This document shows, one piece after another, positions 56,001-63,876 of a stretch of DNA of 64,000 nucleotides. This stretch comes from a plasmid: the sequence record NZ_CP102531.1; one strand, written 5' to 3'. Position 1 is the first letter of the stretch, and each line of letters begins with the position of its first letter. The notes under the pieces were generated by a model. The model searched no databases. It was given only the letters and a program-made list of their open reading frames with translations, and was not told the DNA's origin. The translations under genes were made by a program, and so were the position numbers.

Positions 56001-57954
56001 TATTGATATCAAAGTTCCATGTAACAGTCTTAGCATTATAGTCAACGCTACCGAGGGACTTAGTTAGTCCCTGCTGTCCGACTGAATTATTTTCAGAATT
56101 AGAGGTTTGGCCGTTGCTATCTACCCTGTTACTAATCTTTTGGCCTTTATCACCAATTGGGTCTGTTACTTGTGACTGATATGAAATTTTGACTCCCTTG
56201 TTCAGCCCATTGGGGAAAACAATAGTCATTTCAGTTCTATCAACATTGTAAGTTACTTTATAGTCATCAGTACTGATAGGCGTACCAGCCTCATCAACTA
56301 ATGAAAGCTTATTGTCCTCCGGGAATGTTTGGCCCGTTGATAACGTATCTACCAACTTAGTATTGGCAGAAAGTGTCTTTTCGCCATAATTGTAATAAAT
56401 ATGCCAATTATACTTTTGACTACCATTCTTATCCTGACCGTCAAAACTCTTGTTTAAAAGTTTCCCGTAGTTAGCCTTTACTGTCGCACTAGCTGGAGAG
56501 TCTTTATCACCGTTAGTTAAGGTAGCATTGTTCGTAAAGGTTAAGATTCCGCCATTATCTGGTAATTTACTCGAATCGATGTCGCTAGTGTATGCAATCT
56601 TAAAAGCCTGATAGGTATCTGCATATGCACCAACAAATGTGATTTTTCCATTTTCAACCTTGTAATCCGTACCTTCTTTAAGGGGATCGCCAGTTTTAGT
56701 CACATTCCCCTTCAGATTAACTGTCAAGGGATATACACTAACCGATTTCAGCGTGGTCGGCACAGTGTTGGTAGTATCACTTGGCATTGGATCAGAAATT
56801 GTTGCATTCTTTAGCTCTTTACCATTGGTATTAATTGTGACGTTCCACGTAATCCCTGTTGGGTTATTTCCAGATGTGTTAGCCCCGGTTAGTTGGCCAG
56901 TTTTAGCAATATCATTGCCACCTGATGGATGGACAACAATCGGTATTTCAACAGGACCGCTTGTCTTATCAATTTTAATTGTATCTTTGCCAGATGATGA
57001 ATCACTACTAATAGTAGCGGTGTACCCAAATGTTCCTTCAATATTGTTCACACTTTCAACATTGCTATTAAAGATGAACTTAACTGTGCCATCAGCAGCT
57101 ATGCTATAAGTTCCATAGTCATCAAGAGTTCCCGTACCTGGTTTATAGGTAATTCCTTCGGGTAACTTAAATGAGAAATAGTCACCATCTTTAAGCTGAT
57201 ACCCATCTTTCATATCATTCGGAATTGCCCACGTATATTGAAAATTAAGATTGGTATCTTTTGTCACTTGTGTGCGATCAACAGTATGACCATCGCTATC
57301 TGTGAATTCAATCTTTGCTCCAGTAATGATTGTCCCTTTGGAGTCATCTGGCAAATACTTTGAAATATCATTGCCCTCAGTACTCTTAGAAACTGCCTTT
57401 TCACCTTGGCTTGTCGCCGTAACACTAGGCGCAGCTTTGCTGCTAGCATTGGTCGAAGGCTTATCAGCTTTTGTTTTCTCAATAGAATCAGTCAGCTTTG
57501 CAACAACATTTTGACTATCCGTCGAAAAATTGACAGATCCTTCTAAGGATGAAGCCTCCGTGAGACTTAGTTGGATAGTTGCTGTGCCAGAAACATTACC
57601 TAAAACCTCTAACTCTAATTTGTTGGCCGAATAGGTATATTTCCCGACAACTTTTTGATTGGCATCAAGAATATTAGAATTGCTCGTATCTTTCAGTTGC
57701 TGATTGTTAGAAACAGATACTGAAACTTCCTTATGAATACTTTCATCTGTTGAATTATTTAATGAAAGCTTCAGGTCAATGTTCCGTGATCCAGCAGCTT
57801 CTTGAGTTGCCCCTAGAAGTTGAACCTCTGTCGAATGATCGGCCGCACTGGGGCTAGATGTAACGGCTCCTACAACTTGAGCTGATGATTGTAAGAACAG
57901 CAAAAAAATCAGAACCAAAGAATATATTTGCTGTCCTATTTTCTTCTTGTTCAT
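50089..57954 (-). CDS. giant cell-wall-anchored adhesin (2621 aa) with about 15 tandem Cna-B/SpaA-type 94-aa repeats and an MPNTG sorting signal
   Basis: Signal peptide; long Thr/Ser-rich N-terminal region; tandem repeats GSVVLNKTD.DTGK.L.GAVFDLYKKDGTK.ASGLTTDAKGQIKVNDLKPGDYYFVETAAPAGYELN; C-terminus QKMPNTGD + hydrophobic helix + KPYRRERQ. Confidence 0.85.
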   Translation of the reverse strand: MNKKKIGQQIYSLVLIFLLFLQSSAQVVGAVTSSPSAADHSTEVQLLGATQEAAGSRNIDLKLSLNNSTDESIHKEVSVSVSNNQQLKDTSNSNILDANQKVVGKYTYSANKLELEVLGNVSGTATIQLSLTEASSLEGSVNFSTDSQNVVAKLTDSIEKTKADKPSTNASSKAAPSVTATSQGEKAVSKSTEGNDISKYLPDDSKGTIITGAKIEFTDSDGHTVDRTQVTKDTNLNFQYTWAIPNDMKDGYQLKDGDYFSFKLPEGITYKPGTGTLDDYGTYSIAADGTVKFIFNSNVESVNNIEGTFGYTATISSDSSSGKDTIKIDKTSGPVEIPIVVHPSGGNDIAKTGQLTGANTSGNNPTGITWNVTINTNGKELKNATISDPMPSDTTNTVPTTLKSVSVYPLTVNLKGNVTKTGDPLKEGTDYKVENGKITFVGAYADTYQAFKIAYTSDIDSSKLPDNGGILTFTNNATLTNGDKDSPASATVKANYGKLLNKSFDGQDKNGSQKYNWHIYYNYGEKTLSANTKLVDTLSTGQTFPEDNKLSLVDEAGTPISTDDYKVTYNVDRTEMTIVFPNGLNKGVKISYQSQVTDPIGDKGQKISNRVDSNGQTSNSENNSVGQQGLTKSLGSVDYNAKTVTWNFDINMARQNMSNWSMTDPVPDGLTVDYDSFVLKDKDHNTTLTEGTDYVISKQGNGFTISFANALKKHATSWYTLSYKTDFETNSLPNGGKWTNTATATWTDKDGQDHTNKGQADFTPKTEFKNDGSKSGSYNAVSKQITWTVVANYNQRKLSNASITDPIIGDQDYVAGSAKLYEASINTNGSYILGTQVASANISFDSTKKQLTAKLPNDSSKAYVLTYQTSLSGKVIDQKSYDNTATYTNNKKSSDLTAKVTVPYSGNVLDKSGKQDPTNSAYALWTIWVNKAQSTFSDAVVTDEPSDNQIIGESSIVIYPGKVAANGDFTEDTSNPLVLGKDYSVDLQTDNVTGKQTMKISFAKEISSAYSIHYRSLINSSKINDTLTNTASISGKGEKDVDNNTNGSTQVVNNYGSATGKNTNIVLTKSDADTKKSIAGASFELWSDVSGQKGQKLRTGTTDAAGSITWNNLKSGKYILVETKAPDGYVISTSLTNGKEINLQYKEANADNNVLVSATNQKGKVTIEKSDADNSSPLAGAIFDLYKKDGTKVASNLKTGLDGTVSYTGLNAGDYYIIETKAPDGYKLDDIQHAFTINSDSIQLKVPVTNDKALGSVLLTKTDGDTGKVLSGAVFDLYKKDGTKLASGLTTDAKGQIKVNDLKPGDYYFIETTAPAGYQLNNSKLNFTVEFQETTKVATVSATNAEKTGSVVLNKTDGDTGKTLAGAVFDLYKKDGTKIASGLTTDAKGQIKVNDLKPGDYYFVETAAPAGYELNDSKLNFTVELQTTAKVATVSATNAEKTGSVVLNKTDSDTGKALSGAVFDLYKKDGTKIASGLMTDAKGQIKVNDLKPGDYYFVETAAPAGYELNDSKLNFTVELQTTAKVATVSATNAEKTGSVVLNKTDSDTGKALSGAVFDLYKKDGTKIASGLMTDAKGQIKVNDLKPGDYYFVETAAPAGYELNDSKLNFTVELQTTAKVATVSATNAEKTGSVVLNKTDSDTGKTLAGAVFDLYKKDGTKVASGLTTDAKGQIKVNDLKPSDYYFVETAAPAGYELNDSKLNFTVELQTTAKVATVSATNAEKTGSVVLNKTDSDTGKTLSGAVFDLYKKDGTKVASGLTTDAKGQIKVNDLKPGDYYFIETTAPAGYQLNNSKLNFTVEFQETTKVATVSATNAEKTGSVVLNKTDGDTGKTLAGAVFDLYKKDGTKIASGLTTDAKGQIQVNDLKPGDYYFVETAAPAGYELNDSKLNFTVELQTTAKVATVSATNAEKTGSGVLNKTDSDTGKTLSGAVFDLYKKDGTKVASGLTTDAKGQIKVNDLKPGDYYFIETTAPAGYQLNNSKLNFTVEFQETTKVATVSATNAEKTGSVVLNKTDGDTGKTLAGAVFDLYKKDGTKIASGLTTDAKGQIKVNDLKPGDYYFVETAAPAGYELNDSKLNFTVELQTTAKVATVSATNAEKTGSVVLNKTDSDTGKALSGAVFDLYKKDGTKIASGLMTDAKGQIKVNDLKPGDYYFVETAAPAGYELNDSKLNFTVELQTTAKVATVSATNAEKTGSVVLNKTDSDTGKTLAGAVFDLYKKDGTKVASGLTTDAKGQIKVNDLKPSDYYFVETAAPAGYELNDSKLNFTVELQTTAKVATVSATNAEKTGSVVLNKTDSDTGKTLAGAVFDLYKKDGTKLASGLTTDAKGQIQVNDLKPGDYYFVETAAPAGYELNDSKLNFTVELQTTTKVATVSATNAEKTGSVVLNKTDSDTGKTLAGAVFDLYKKNGTKIASGLTTDAKGQIKVNDLKPGDYYFVETAAPAGYELNDSKLNFTVELQTTTKVATVSATNAEKTGSVVLNKTDGDTGKTLAGAVFDLYKKNGTKIASGLTTDAKGQIQVNDLKPGDYYFVETAAPAGYKLSNEKISFTVKLQLNNESAVVVAKNFKKSTPPNTNDNHGNGQKMPNTGDVNNVGMTLIGILSVLGLFVYSFFKPYRRERQ
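50300..54500. repeat. about 15 near-identical 282-bp tandem DNA repeats inside the adhesin gene
   Basis: Repeated blocks visible directly in the sequence (e.g. ...gtcgcaactttggctgtggtttgtaattcaaccgtgaagttcagcttact... recurring every 282 bp); boundaries approximate. Confidence 0.8.
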
Positions 57955-58404
57955 AGTTTACCTCTATTTCGAAATAGTCAATTTTTATTTTTTGAACCCA
58001 ATTTTAACAAATAAAGTTTGCCCCTCTCCTTTCTAAAAAAACATATATATGTATCCTATAAGTCGTGGATTCAGTCACAACTCGAAAGATTTAAGCTATA
58101 GGTTACACATGTTAAATATACAACAATTTTGCTTATACTAATAGTTATTATCGGGTCTAGAATTTTTGGTGTTGGAAAGTATTTCCATTCCAAAAGTACT
58201 AGGCCCTTTTTGATAACAAAAAAAGGCATCTAAGCCTCCCTAGTGCTATGATTTAAGCGGGGTAGGAATAGATGTCTCAACTAGATAATACACTTAAATT
58301 ACTGCCTCAATTTTCAAGTCAAGTGCAACGATGATAACGAATTCTTGATAGTGGTCTAGGCTGTTAGGGTCTGTACTAGAATTTCGGACAGAAACATAAG
58401 AGAA

Positions 58405-58713
58405 TTGATTTATCCGAAAGGAGTCCTCAAAATGACCTATTCACGCAATCGCTACGACCAAGATTTTAAGAAAAATGCGGTACATTTGAGTTTTAACTCT
58501 TCCAAACCAGTTAAAATCATTGCCTCCGAACTTGGTGTTCCTGAAAGTGCCCTGTATCGTTGGCGGAAGCTATATACCGAAGATGGAAAGCAAACACCGT
58601 TTGCTTCTTTAGAAGCTGAGAACCGTGCCTTAAAACGTGAAAATGCCGAATTAGCATTGGAGCGTGATATGTTAAAAAAAGCCGCCGCCTACTTTGCCAG
58701 TCTCCAGAAGTAA
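58405..58713 (+). CDS. IS3-family transposase OrfA (102 aa)
   Basis: HTH plus coiled-coil; ends just after the A7G slippery motif. Confidence 0.8.
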   Translation: MIYPKGVLKMTYSRNRYDQDFKKNAVHLSFNSSKPVKIIASELGVPESALYRWRKLYTEDGKQTPFASLEAENRALKRENAELALERDMLKKAAAYFASLQK

Positions 58714-58736
58714 CCCCCAGCGATAAGTATGCTTTT

Positions 58737-59594
58737 ATGTTGAGGGAAACCTCTGTTTCTGTGGTAAGGTGGGCGCGTTTGTTAGACGTATCAACGAGTG
58801 GTTATTATGCTTGGCGGAGAGCTTTGCCAAAGCGAAACGCCAAAGAAAGGCAATATCGTCAACGAATCAAACACTTTTTTGATCAAGGACAGGGCACTTA
58901 CGGGCCCAAACGCATCTGCGGTTTATTGCGTAAAAATGGTAATAAAGCTTCCTATCACCGAGTTGCCCGTCTGATGGCTGATGCCGGTCTGTATTCAACG
59001 CTACGTTGTCGTCATCCGAAGAGTTTGACCGATAGCCGCCTTGCTCGTCAAGGTGATTATCCCAATCTAGTGAAACACCAATCTTTTAAGCCGTTTGAAG
59101 CCTTATCAAGTGACATTACACAGACGACAACATCAGAAGGAAAAGCTTACATTTGCCAAATAAGGGATTTGAACAGCAACCTAGTGTTAGCTCATCAAAT
59201 ATCCAATCATATGGACACGGATTTAGTCTTAGCGACACTTAAACAAGCCCACCAAAGGTGGGCTTTGCCAGAAACGTGTATTTTTCATAGTGACCGTGGT
59301 AGCCAATACACGGCCAAAGAAGTGACAAAGTTGGTCAACCAATATCATTGGCAACGTAGCTTCTCAGCATTGGGAAAACCGGGTGATAACGCTTGGAGCG
59401 AAAGCTTCTTTGCCATCATGAAGAAAGAGCTCATTTATCAGATACAATTTAAAGATATCAATGAACTGAGAGCGCAAGTCTTCGCTTACATCGAGACCTT
59501 TTACAACCGCGTAAGGGTACAAGCACGCTTAGACTATCTTGCACCAGTAGCATGGCTTTCCTTGTATGACCAAGCTTCACAAAAAGTCGCTTAG
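58737..59594 (+). CDS. IS3-family transposase OrfB (285 aa, DDE integrase core)
   Basis: rve-domain motifs. Confidence 0.8.
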   Translation: MLRETSVSVVRWARLLDVSTSGYYAWRRALPKRNAKERQYRQRIKHFFDQGQGTYGPKRICGLLRKNGNKASYHRVARLMADAGLYSTLRCRHPKSLTDSRLARQGDYPNLVKHQSFKPFEALSSDITQTTTSEGKAYICQIRDLNSNLVLAHQISNHMDTDLVLATLKQAHQRWALPETCIFHSDRGSQYTAKEVTKLVNQYHWQRSFSALGKPGDNAWSESFFAIMKKELIYQIQFKDINELRAQVFAYIETFYNRVRVQARLDYLAPVAWLSLYDQASQKVA

Positions 59595-59660
59595 CAAACT
59601 GTCCGAAAAAGTGTTGACTTCCCTGTCGTCAGGGTGTTGCACTTGAATTGTAAACTGGGG

Positions 59661-59750
59661 AGAAATATTGCTTGGATAATCTGGCATGACAAACTCCTCA
59701 GTCGGTTTTCCACAATTCTACCAGATTCAGCAGATACTAGACAGGTTCTA
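59661..59750 (-). mobile_element. 90-bp terminal remnant of the IS5-family (IS427-group) element, orfA-proximal end only
   Basis: Identical to 29791-29880 of copy B1, including the terminal repeat ...gatactagacaggttct; remainder apparently displaced by the IS3 element. Confidence 0.7.
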
Positions 59751-59829
59751 AGATTCAACAACATAACCAAGTTTGAACTATCAAACATAGGGGGAAAAAC
59801 AAATGGATTAAGTCGAAGAATGGCTGGCT

Positions 59830-60147
59830 TTACTCTTCGTCAAATTCAATTTCCGACACCGTTTCTTCTAAATTATCTAACACTTCGTTACCTTCAATAA
59901 AGTTAACCCAACTGTCATAAGGCTGAAACTTATTTTCTTTAATGTTAGTTTTGAGCTTATCGTATACGTTGTCAATAAACTGACTGACCATTTTATCGAC
60001 AGCACTTGTTACAGCTGTTTCACTCCATCGCTTTGATGCAGAACGCTGACGATTTCTACTATGTTGGTAAGTCAAAGCCTGGCTGCGGAAAATAGCAACC
60101 ACACGACTATTAGCATTCAAATACGTTTCAAATTCTTCACAATCCAT
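59830..60147 (-). CDS. hypothetical acidic protein (105 aa), divergent from the yolD/umuC pair
   Basis: ORF track; acidic C-terminus; no family assigned. Confidence 0.35.
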   Translation of the reverse strand: MDCEEFETYLNANSRVVAIFRSQALTYQHSRNRQRSASKRWSETAVTSAVDKMVSQFIDNVYDKLKTNIKENKFQPYDSWVNFIEGNEVLDNLEETVSEIEFDEE

Positions 60148-60261
60148 TGTGCTTCCTCCTCAAAACAAGATTCAATTCATAGCAAGGCTTCAGCAAAAGG
60201 CATGTCATCCTACATGCCTTTTTTACTGTTGTCTTTCAATTTCAGTATAAAACGTCCTGCG

Positions 60262-60310
60262 GTTTTAGGCAAACGTATGTTTGCAATCGAGAACGTGTGT
60301 TTGTATAATA
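60262..60310 (+). promoter_or_regulatory. promoter (-35 TTGCAA 60281-60286, -10 TATAAT 60304-60309) overlapped by two Cheo/LexA-box-like sites (AAACGTATGTTT 60271-60282; GAACGTGTGTTT 60291-60302)
   Basis: Matches the Gram-positive SOS box consensus GAAC-N4-GTTC at 7/8 and 6/8 positions; 17-nt spacer promoter. Confidence 0.45.
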
Positions 60311-60340
60311 ACTATAAAATACATAAAGGAGGTCAGTATT

Positions 60341-60724
60341 ATGGAAAACAATGTGCCGCAAGAAAAGTGGCTTTATCCTGATCGGTGCATGAAGAAATGG
60401 CTCGGTTGGATTCTCAGTGATCATTCTGCCTATATGGAGAAAGCTTCCATTTCTGAACGTCCTGTCGAACCAAAGCCAGAACAGTCTCAAGAAACCATTA
60501 GCGACATCCTTGAAGATGCCTGGCAAAATGCAAAAATCGTAGCCGTTCAAATTGGCACACCCTACGATGATCGGTTGCTACCAGATATTGAGGGCGCCGT
60601 CATTGGTCATTGGGACGATCAGGTTTATTTACAACTCAAGAACGGCGACACCCAATCAGTCAATGCAGCTGATATTCGTAACGTAGCTTTGCTCAATCCT
60701 GATCGGTGGTGGGCATTAGCATGA
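60341..60724 (+). CDS. YolD-like protein (127 aa from MENNVPQ...)
   Basis: YolD-family signature DRCMKKWLGWILSDHSAYM; AAAGGAGG RBS before ATG 60341; directly upstream of and overlapping the umuC-like gene. Confidence 0.55.
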   Translation: MENNVPQEKWLYPDRCMKKWLGWILSDHSAYMEKASISERPVEPKPEQSQETISDILEDAWQNAKIVAVQIGTPYDDRLLPDIEGAVIGHWDDQVYLQLKNGDTQSVNAADIRNVALLNPDRWWALA

Positions 60725-62013
60725 CCACGCCACTAGATGATCCAACGAGACTACCGGTACACGACATCATGTGTATTGACTGCAAGTCCTTTTACGCATC
60801 AGTTGAGGCCATTCGACGCGGCATTCACCCGCTGGCAGCTGATATTGCCGTGCTTAGCAAAGGCGATTCTCCTGGCGGCCTGGTGTTAGCTGCTAGTCCC
60901 AACTGCAAGAAACGTTACCATGTTGGCTTGAGCACGCGCCGCTTTCAATTACGGGACGACATGCAGATTGAACTGGCCGAACCACGGATGGCGGATTACA
61001 TTCGCAAGAATTACGGGATTAATCGTATTTATCGCCAGTTTACTGACGATGCTTATTGGTACCCCTATTCCATTGATGAATCCTTTATTGACGTCACCCA
61101 CTCACACAATCTCTTCGGTACCAATCAAGAAATTGCAACGCAAATTCAAAGAAAGGTGTTTGATCAGTTTGGCATTATCACGACCGTTGGGATTGGTCAG
61201 AATCCTCTACTGGCAAAACTGGCTCTCGATAACGAAGCCAAGAAGGCCGCTCCGTGGCAAGCCACTTGGACTTACGACCGGGTTCCCGAAACCATATGGC
61301 AACTACATGACTTAGCCGATTTCTGGTCAATTGGCAGCCGTACCGCAAAAAAGCTTAACGCAATAGGCATTCACAACCTCTATGATCTTGCACACACCGA
61401 TCGGCTTTTATTACATCAACGCTTCGGCGTTCTCGGCGATGCCTTGTATTTCCATTCATGGGGTATTGATTACTCGGATTTGACTCGTCGCTATTTGCCA
61501 CGCGCCGAGAACAAAGGCTATGGCAATAGTCAGGTACTCATGCGTGATTACACGCAGGCAAGGGAGATTGAAGTCGTGCTCAGTGAGATCGCCGATCAAG
61601 TGGCGGGCCGACTTCGTCACCATCAAGTACAAGGTGAAGTGATTAGCGTTGGGATTGGTTATGCTGATGCAGAAGAGGCGGGCACCTCCGGTTTCGGTGC
61701 GCAAATGAAGATTGATCCCACAAACCGCACTGACGATTTGATTCGCGCCGCTCGCTTTCTCTTCCATAGTAAGTGGAACGGCCATGCCGTCAGAAATGTT
61801 TCAGTTCGTGTTAATCGCATCAGTCAAGCAAGCTCGATGCAGCTTAGTCTATTTGAGTCAGCAGAGAAGGAGGAAGCAAACGTTTTGTTAGATCAAACAA
61901 TTGACAAGATTCGTCAACTATATGGCTACAAAGCAATTGTGCGGGGTTACTCCAAAGAAAAAGGCGCGACCGCAATTGATCGTGCCGGATTGGTTGGTGG
62001 GCATCATGGATAA
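60706..62013 (+). CDS. Y-family translesion DNA polymerase (UmuC/ImpB-like), 435 aa
   Basis: N-terminal IMCIDCKSFYASVE with catalytic Asp pair; ImpB/MucB/SamB family architecture. Confidence 0.8.
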   Translation: MVGISMTTPLDDPTRLPVHDIMCIDCKSFYASVEAIRRGIHPLAADIAVLSKGDSPGGLVLAASPNCKKRYHVGLSTRRFQLRDDMQIELAEPRMADYIRKNYGINRIYRQFTDDAYWYPYSIDESFIDVTHSHNLFGTNQEIATQIQRKVFDQFGIITTVGIGQNPLLAKLALDNEAKKAAPWQATWTYDRVPETIWQLHDLADFWSIGSRTAKKLNAIGIHNLYDLAHTDRLLLHQRFGVLGDALYFHSWGIDYSDLTRRYLPRAENKGYGNSQVLMRDYTQAREIEVVLSEIADQVAGRLRHHQVQGEVISVGIGYADAEEAGTSGFGAQMKIDPTNRTDDLIRAARFLFHSKWNGHAVRNVSVRVNRISQASSMQLSLFESAEKEEANVLLDQTIDKIRQLYGYKAIVRGYSKEKGATAIDRAGLVGGHHG

Positions 62014-62347
62014 GGAAACCGAACTGCGGCTTGGCATCCAATCCATGCTGTCACAGTACGATCATTACTTCACCCGTGCGCCGCACACTCGTTATTGGTT
62101 GGTGGTGGTCGATAACCACTTTGAAGACTGCTACTCATTCTTCATCTACATGCAGCGGTTCAAAGCAAAGTTGATCAAAAGCTATGAGATTGCCTGCTTT
62201 AAACGTGATAAAGGCCAATATGAGCATTTTCTTTCCTCTTTGAAGCAGCATTCTAACCTAAACATTGAATATCGCAACACACGGCATTTAATTCACCCTG
62301 ATTCTGATATTCTTGAAGATTTAATTCACGGACATAATCGTCTGTAA
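62010..62347 (+). CDS. hypothetical protein (112 aa from MDKETELRL), start overlapping the umuC-like stop (ATGGATAA)
   Basis: ATG overlaps the upstream stop codon, suggesting translational coupling; no family recognised. Confidence 0.4.
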
Positions 62348-62391
62348 CTTTTAATTGCACTTAATGTACTGTGCTCAAACACGTATGGTGC

Positions 62392-62781
62392 TTATTTTTG
62401 TTTAGGTTTCAACATACTGAGCTGTAACCCAAACATTTGGTTGTACGCATTTGCCTGCCGTGCAGTCAGATTTTTTCCAATATAACTTTCAATCAAAACA
62501 TTTATTAAGTCATTCATTGTATCTGAACGATCACTAGACTTTTGCTCATTTATAAATGGCTTTAAAGTCTGCAACTTCAAGTTTGTTACTGGTGATATTT
62601 TCATTGTTGTAGTCGCTTTGTATCGAGAATCATCCGCTGGCGAGTTATTATTCACAACCTTCTTATCAATAGTAGCCGAAAAATCATTTGTCCCTGCAAT
62701 TGAGACTTGCTTCCGCTCTAATCCGCTTGATTGCTTTCTTTTATGATGGTCAATAATCGGTTGAATGCTCTCGTCACTCAT
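62392..62781 (-). CDS. putative partition centromere-binding protein (ParB/ParG functional analogue), 129 aa
   Basis: Small basic protein; start overlaps the parA stop by 8 nt. Confidence 0.4.
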   Translation of the reverse strand: MSDESIQPIIDHHKRKQSSGLERKQVSIAGTNDFSATIDKKVVNNNSPADDSRYKATTTMKISPVTNLKLQTLKPFINEQKSSDRSDTMNDLINVLIESYIGKNLTARQANAYNQMFGLQLSMLKPKQK

Positions 62782-63610
62782 TTAGCTCACCTTCTCGGTA
62801 TTTATCAAGTTTCTTTTGATTTTCATCTAGTTCGTCTAGAACACTTTCAAAAACTTTATGTGCTCTAATATCCCAACTATCTTCGTAGCCTAGTGTGGTT
62901 TTGTTGATATGGATTCCTTCAGCATCATATGCCTTTAGTCGTTCCTGATATTTTACAACGGTGTGTAAAACGTTGTTCCCATAAAGATCCCGAGCCGCAT
63001 GTAGAACATCTTCATCTACCCTACCACCAGGTCGCAACATACATGGAATTATTCCAAGAACATCTAAATCAGAATTATAGTTATTTGCTAAATATTGCAT
63101 GTAGGAAATATAAGTCTTTGCGCCATCAAGAGAGAGTTCTTGTGTTTGAAGAACAATAATGCAGTAATCAGCAGCCATCATTGCATTGTCTGAGAAATCC
63201 GAGATAGTCGGCGGAACATCAAGGTAAATACTGTCATATTGATCCTTTAAGGGTTCCAGCAGTGTCTTCAAATACAGCATTTGCTGATCTTCGTCCTCCG
63301 GAAATTTTGACATTAACAACTTTGGTAACGTTCTAAAGCTCGTACTTGCACCAATAATATCCAAGCGGGGTATCACTTTTGTTATTTGGTTCCGTAAGTT
63401 TCCGCTGATAAACCCATCTGTTACATTCTTAGTAATGGCACTCAAGCCGCCTGTTCGTCCAAGAACGCTTGTTGCATTACCTTGAGGATCTAGGTCAATT
63501 ACCAAAGTCTTTCTTCTCTTTTTTACTGCACTCTCATAAGCTAGCATCGTAACGGTTTTTGTTTTACCAACACCGCCCTTGAAGTTCCCAACAACGTAAG
63601 TTTTAGCCAT
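62774..63610 (-). CDS. parA: ParA-family partition ATPase (278 aa)
   Basis: Deviant Walker A KGGVGKTKT; size typical of plasmid ParA. Confidence 0.85.
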   Translation of the reverse strand: MAKTYVVGNFKGGVGKTKTVTMLAYESAVKKRRKTLVIDLDPQGNATSVLGRTGGLSAITKNVTDGFISGNLRNQITKVIPRLDIIGASTSFRTLPKLLMSKFPEDEDQQMLYLKTLLEPLKDQYDSIYLDVPPTISDFSDNAMMAADYCIIVLQTQELSLDGAKTYISYMQYLANNYNSDLDVLGIIPCMLRPGGRVDEDVLHAARDLYGNNVLHTVVKYQERLKAYDAEGIHINKTTLGYEDSWDIRAHKVFESVLDELDENQKKLDKYREGELNE

Positions 63611-63660
63611 ATAAATACCGCCTTCCTACAAACATTATAGCACCTATGAATACCTTTGTA

Positions 63661-63876
63661 AAAGTATACCGGTATACTTTTTGACGATATAAGGGAGAAT
63701 TCAAGGTATACAGGTATACCTGTATACCTTGAATTCTTTTTATATATCGCCTTAAGCGCTATTTTTTTAAGCTTTTTTGATCAAAAATAGTTTATGCAAA
63801 AAAGGTCGTGTATACCAGTATACCAGTATACTGGTATACACATCTACTGAGTATACGGGTATACTGGTATACCAGA
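63661..63876. repeat. arrays of GTATAC-based palindromic repeats (20-bp and 42-bp perfect palindromes plus a tandem TATACCAGTATACCAGTATACTGGTATACA block), candidate parS centromere or iterons
   Basis: aaagtataccggtatacttt (63661-63680); agaattcaaggtatacaggtatacctgtataccttgaattct (63696-63737); GTATAC hexamers at 7-8 bp spacing at 63808-63876; directly upstream of parA. Confidence 0.6.

Larger units (their letters stand above)
58360..59660 (+). mobile_element. intact IS3-family insertion sequence (orfA 58405-58713, orfB 58737-59594, A7G slippery site at 58674-58681)
   Basis: OrfA HTH/leucine-zipper protein; OrfB DDE integrase core (HSDRGSQYT); partial terminal inverted repeats tttcggacag / ctgtccgaaa; boundaries approximate. 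Confidence 0.75.

Noticed and set aside
63661-63876. Possible CRISPR array (short repeats near the window end); the same was considered for the adhesin tandem repeats
   Set aside because: The GTATAC units are palindromic, contiguous and lack unique spacers. The adhesin repeats are 282-bp coding units. Neither has CRISPR repeat-spacer architecture, and no cas genes are present.
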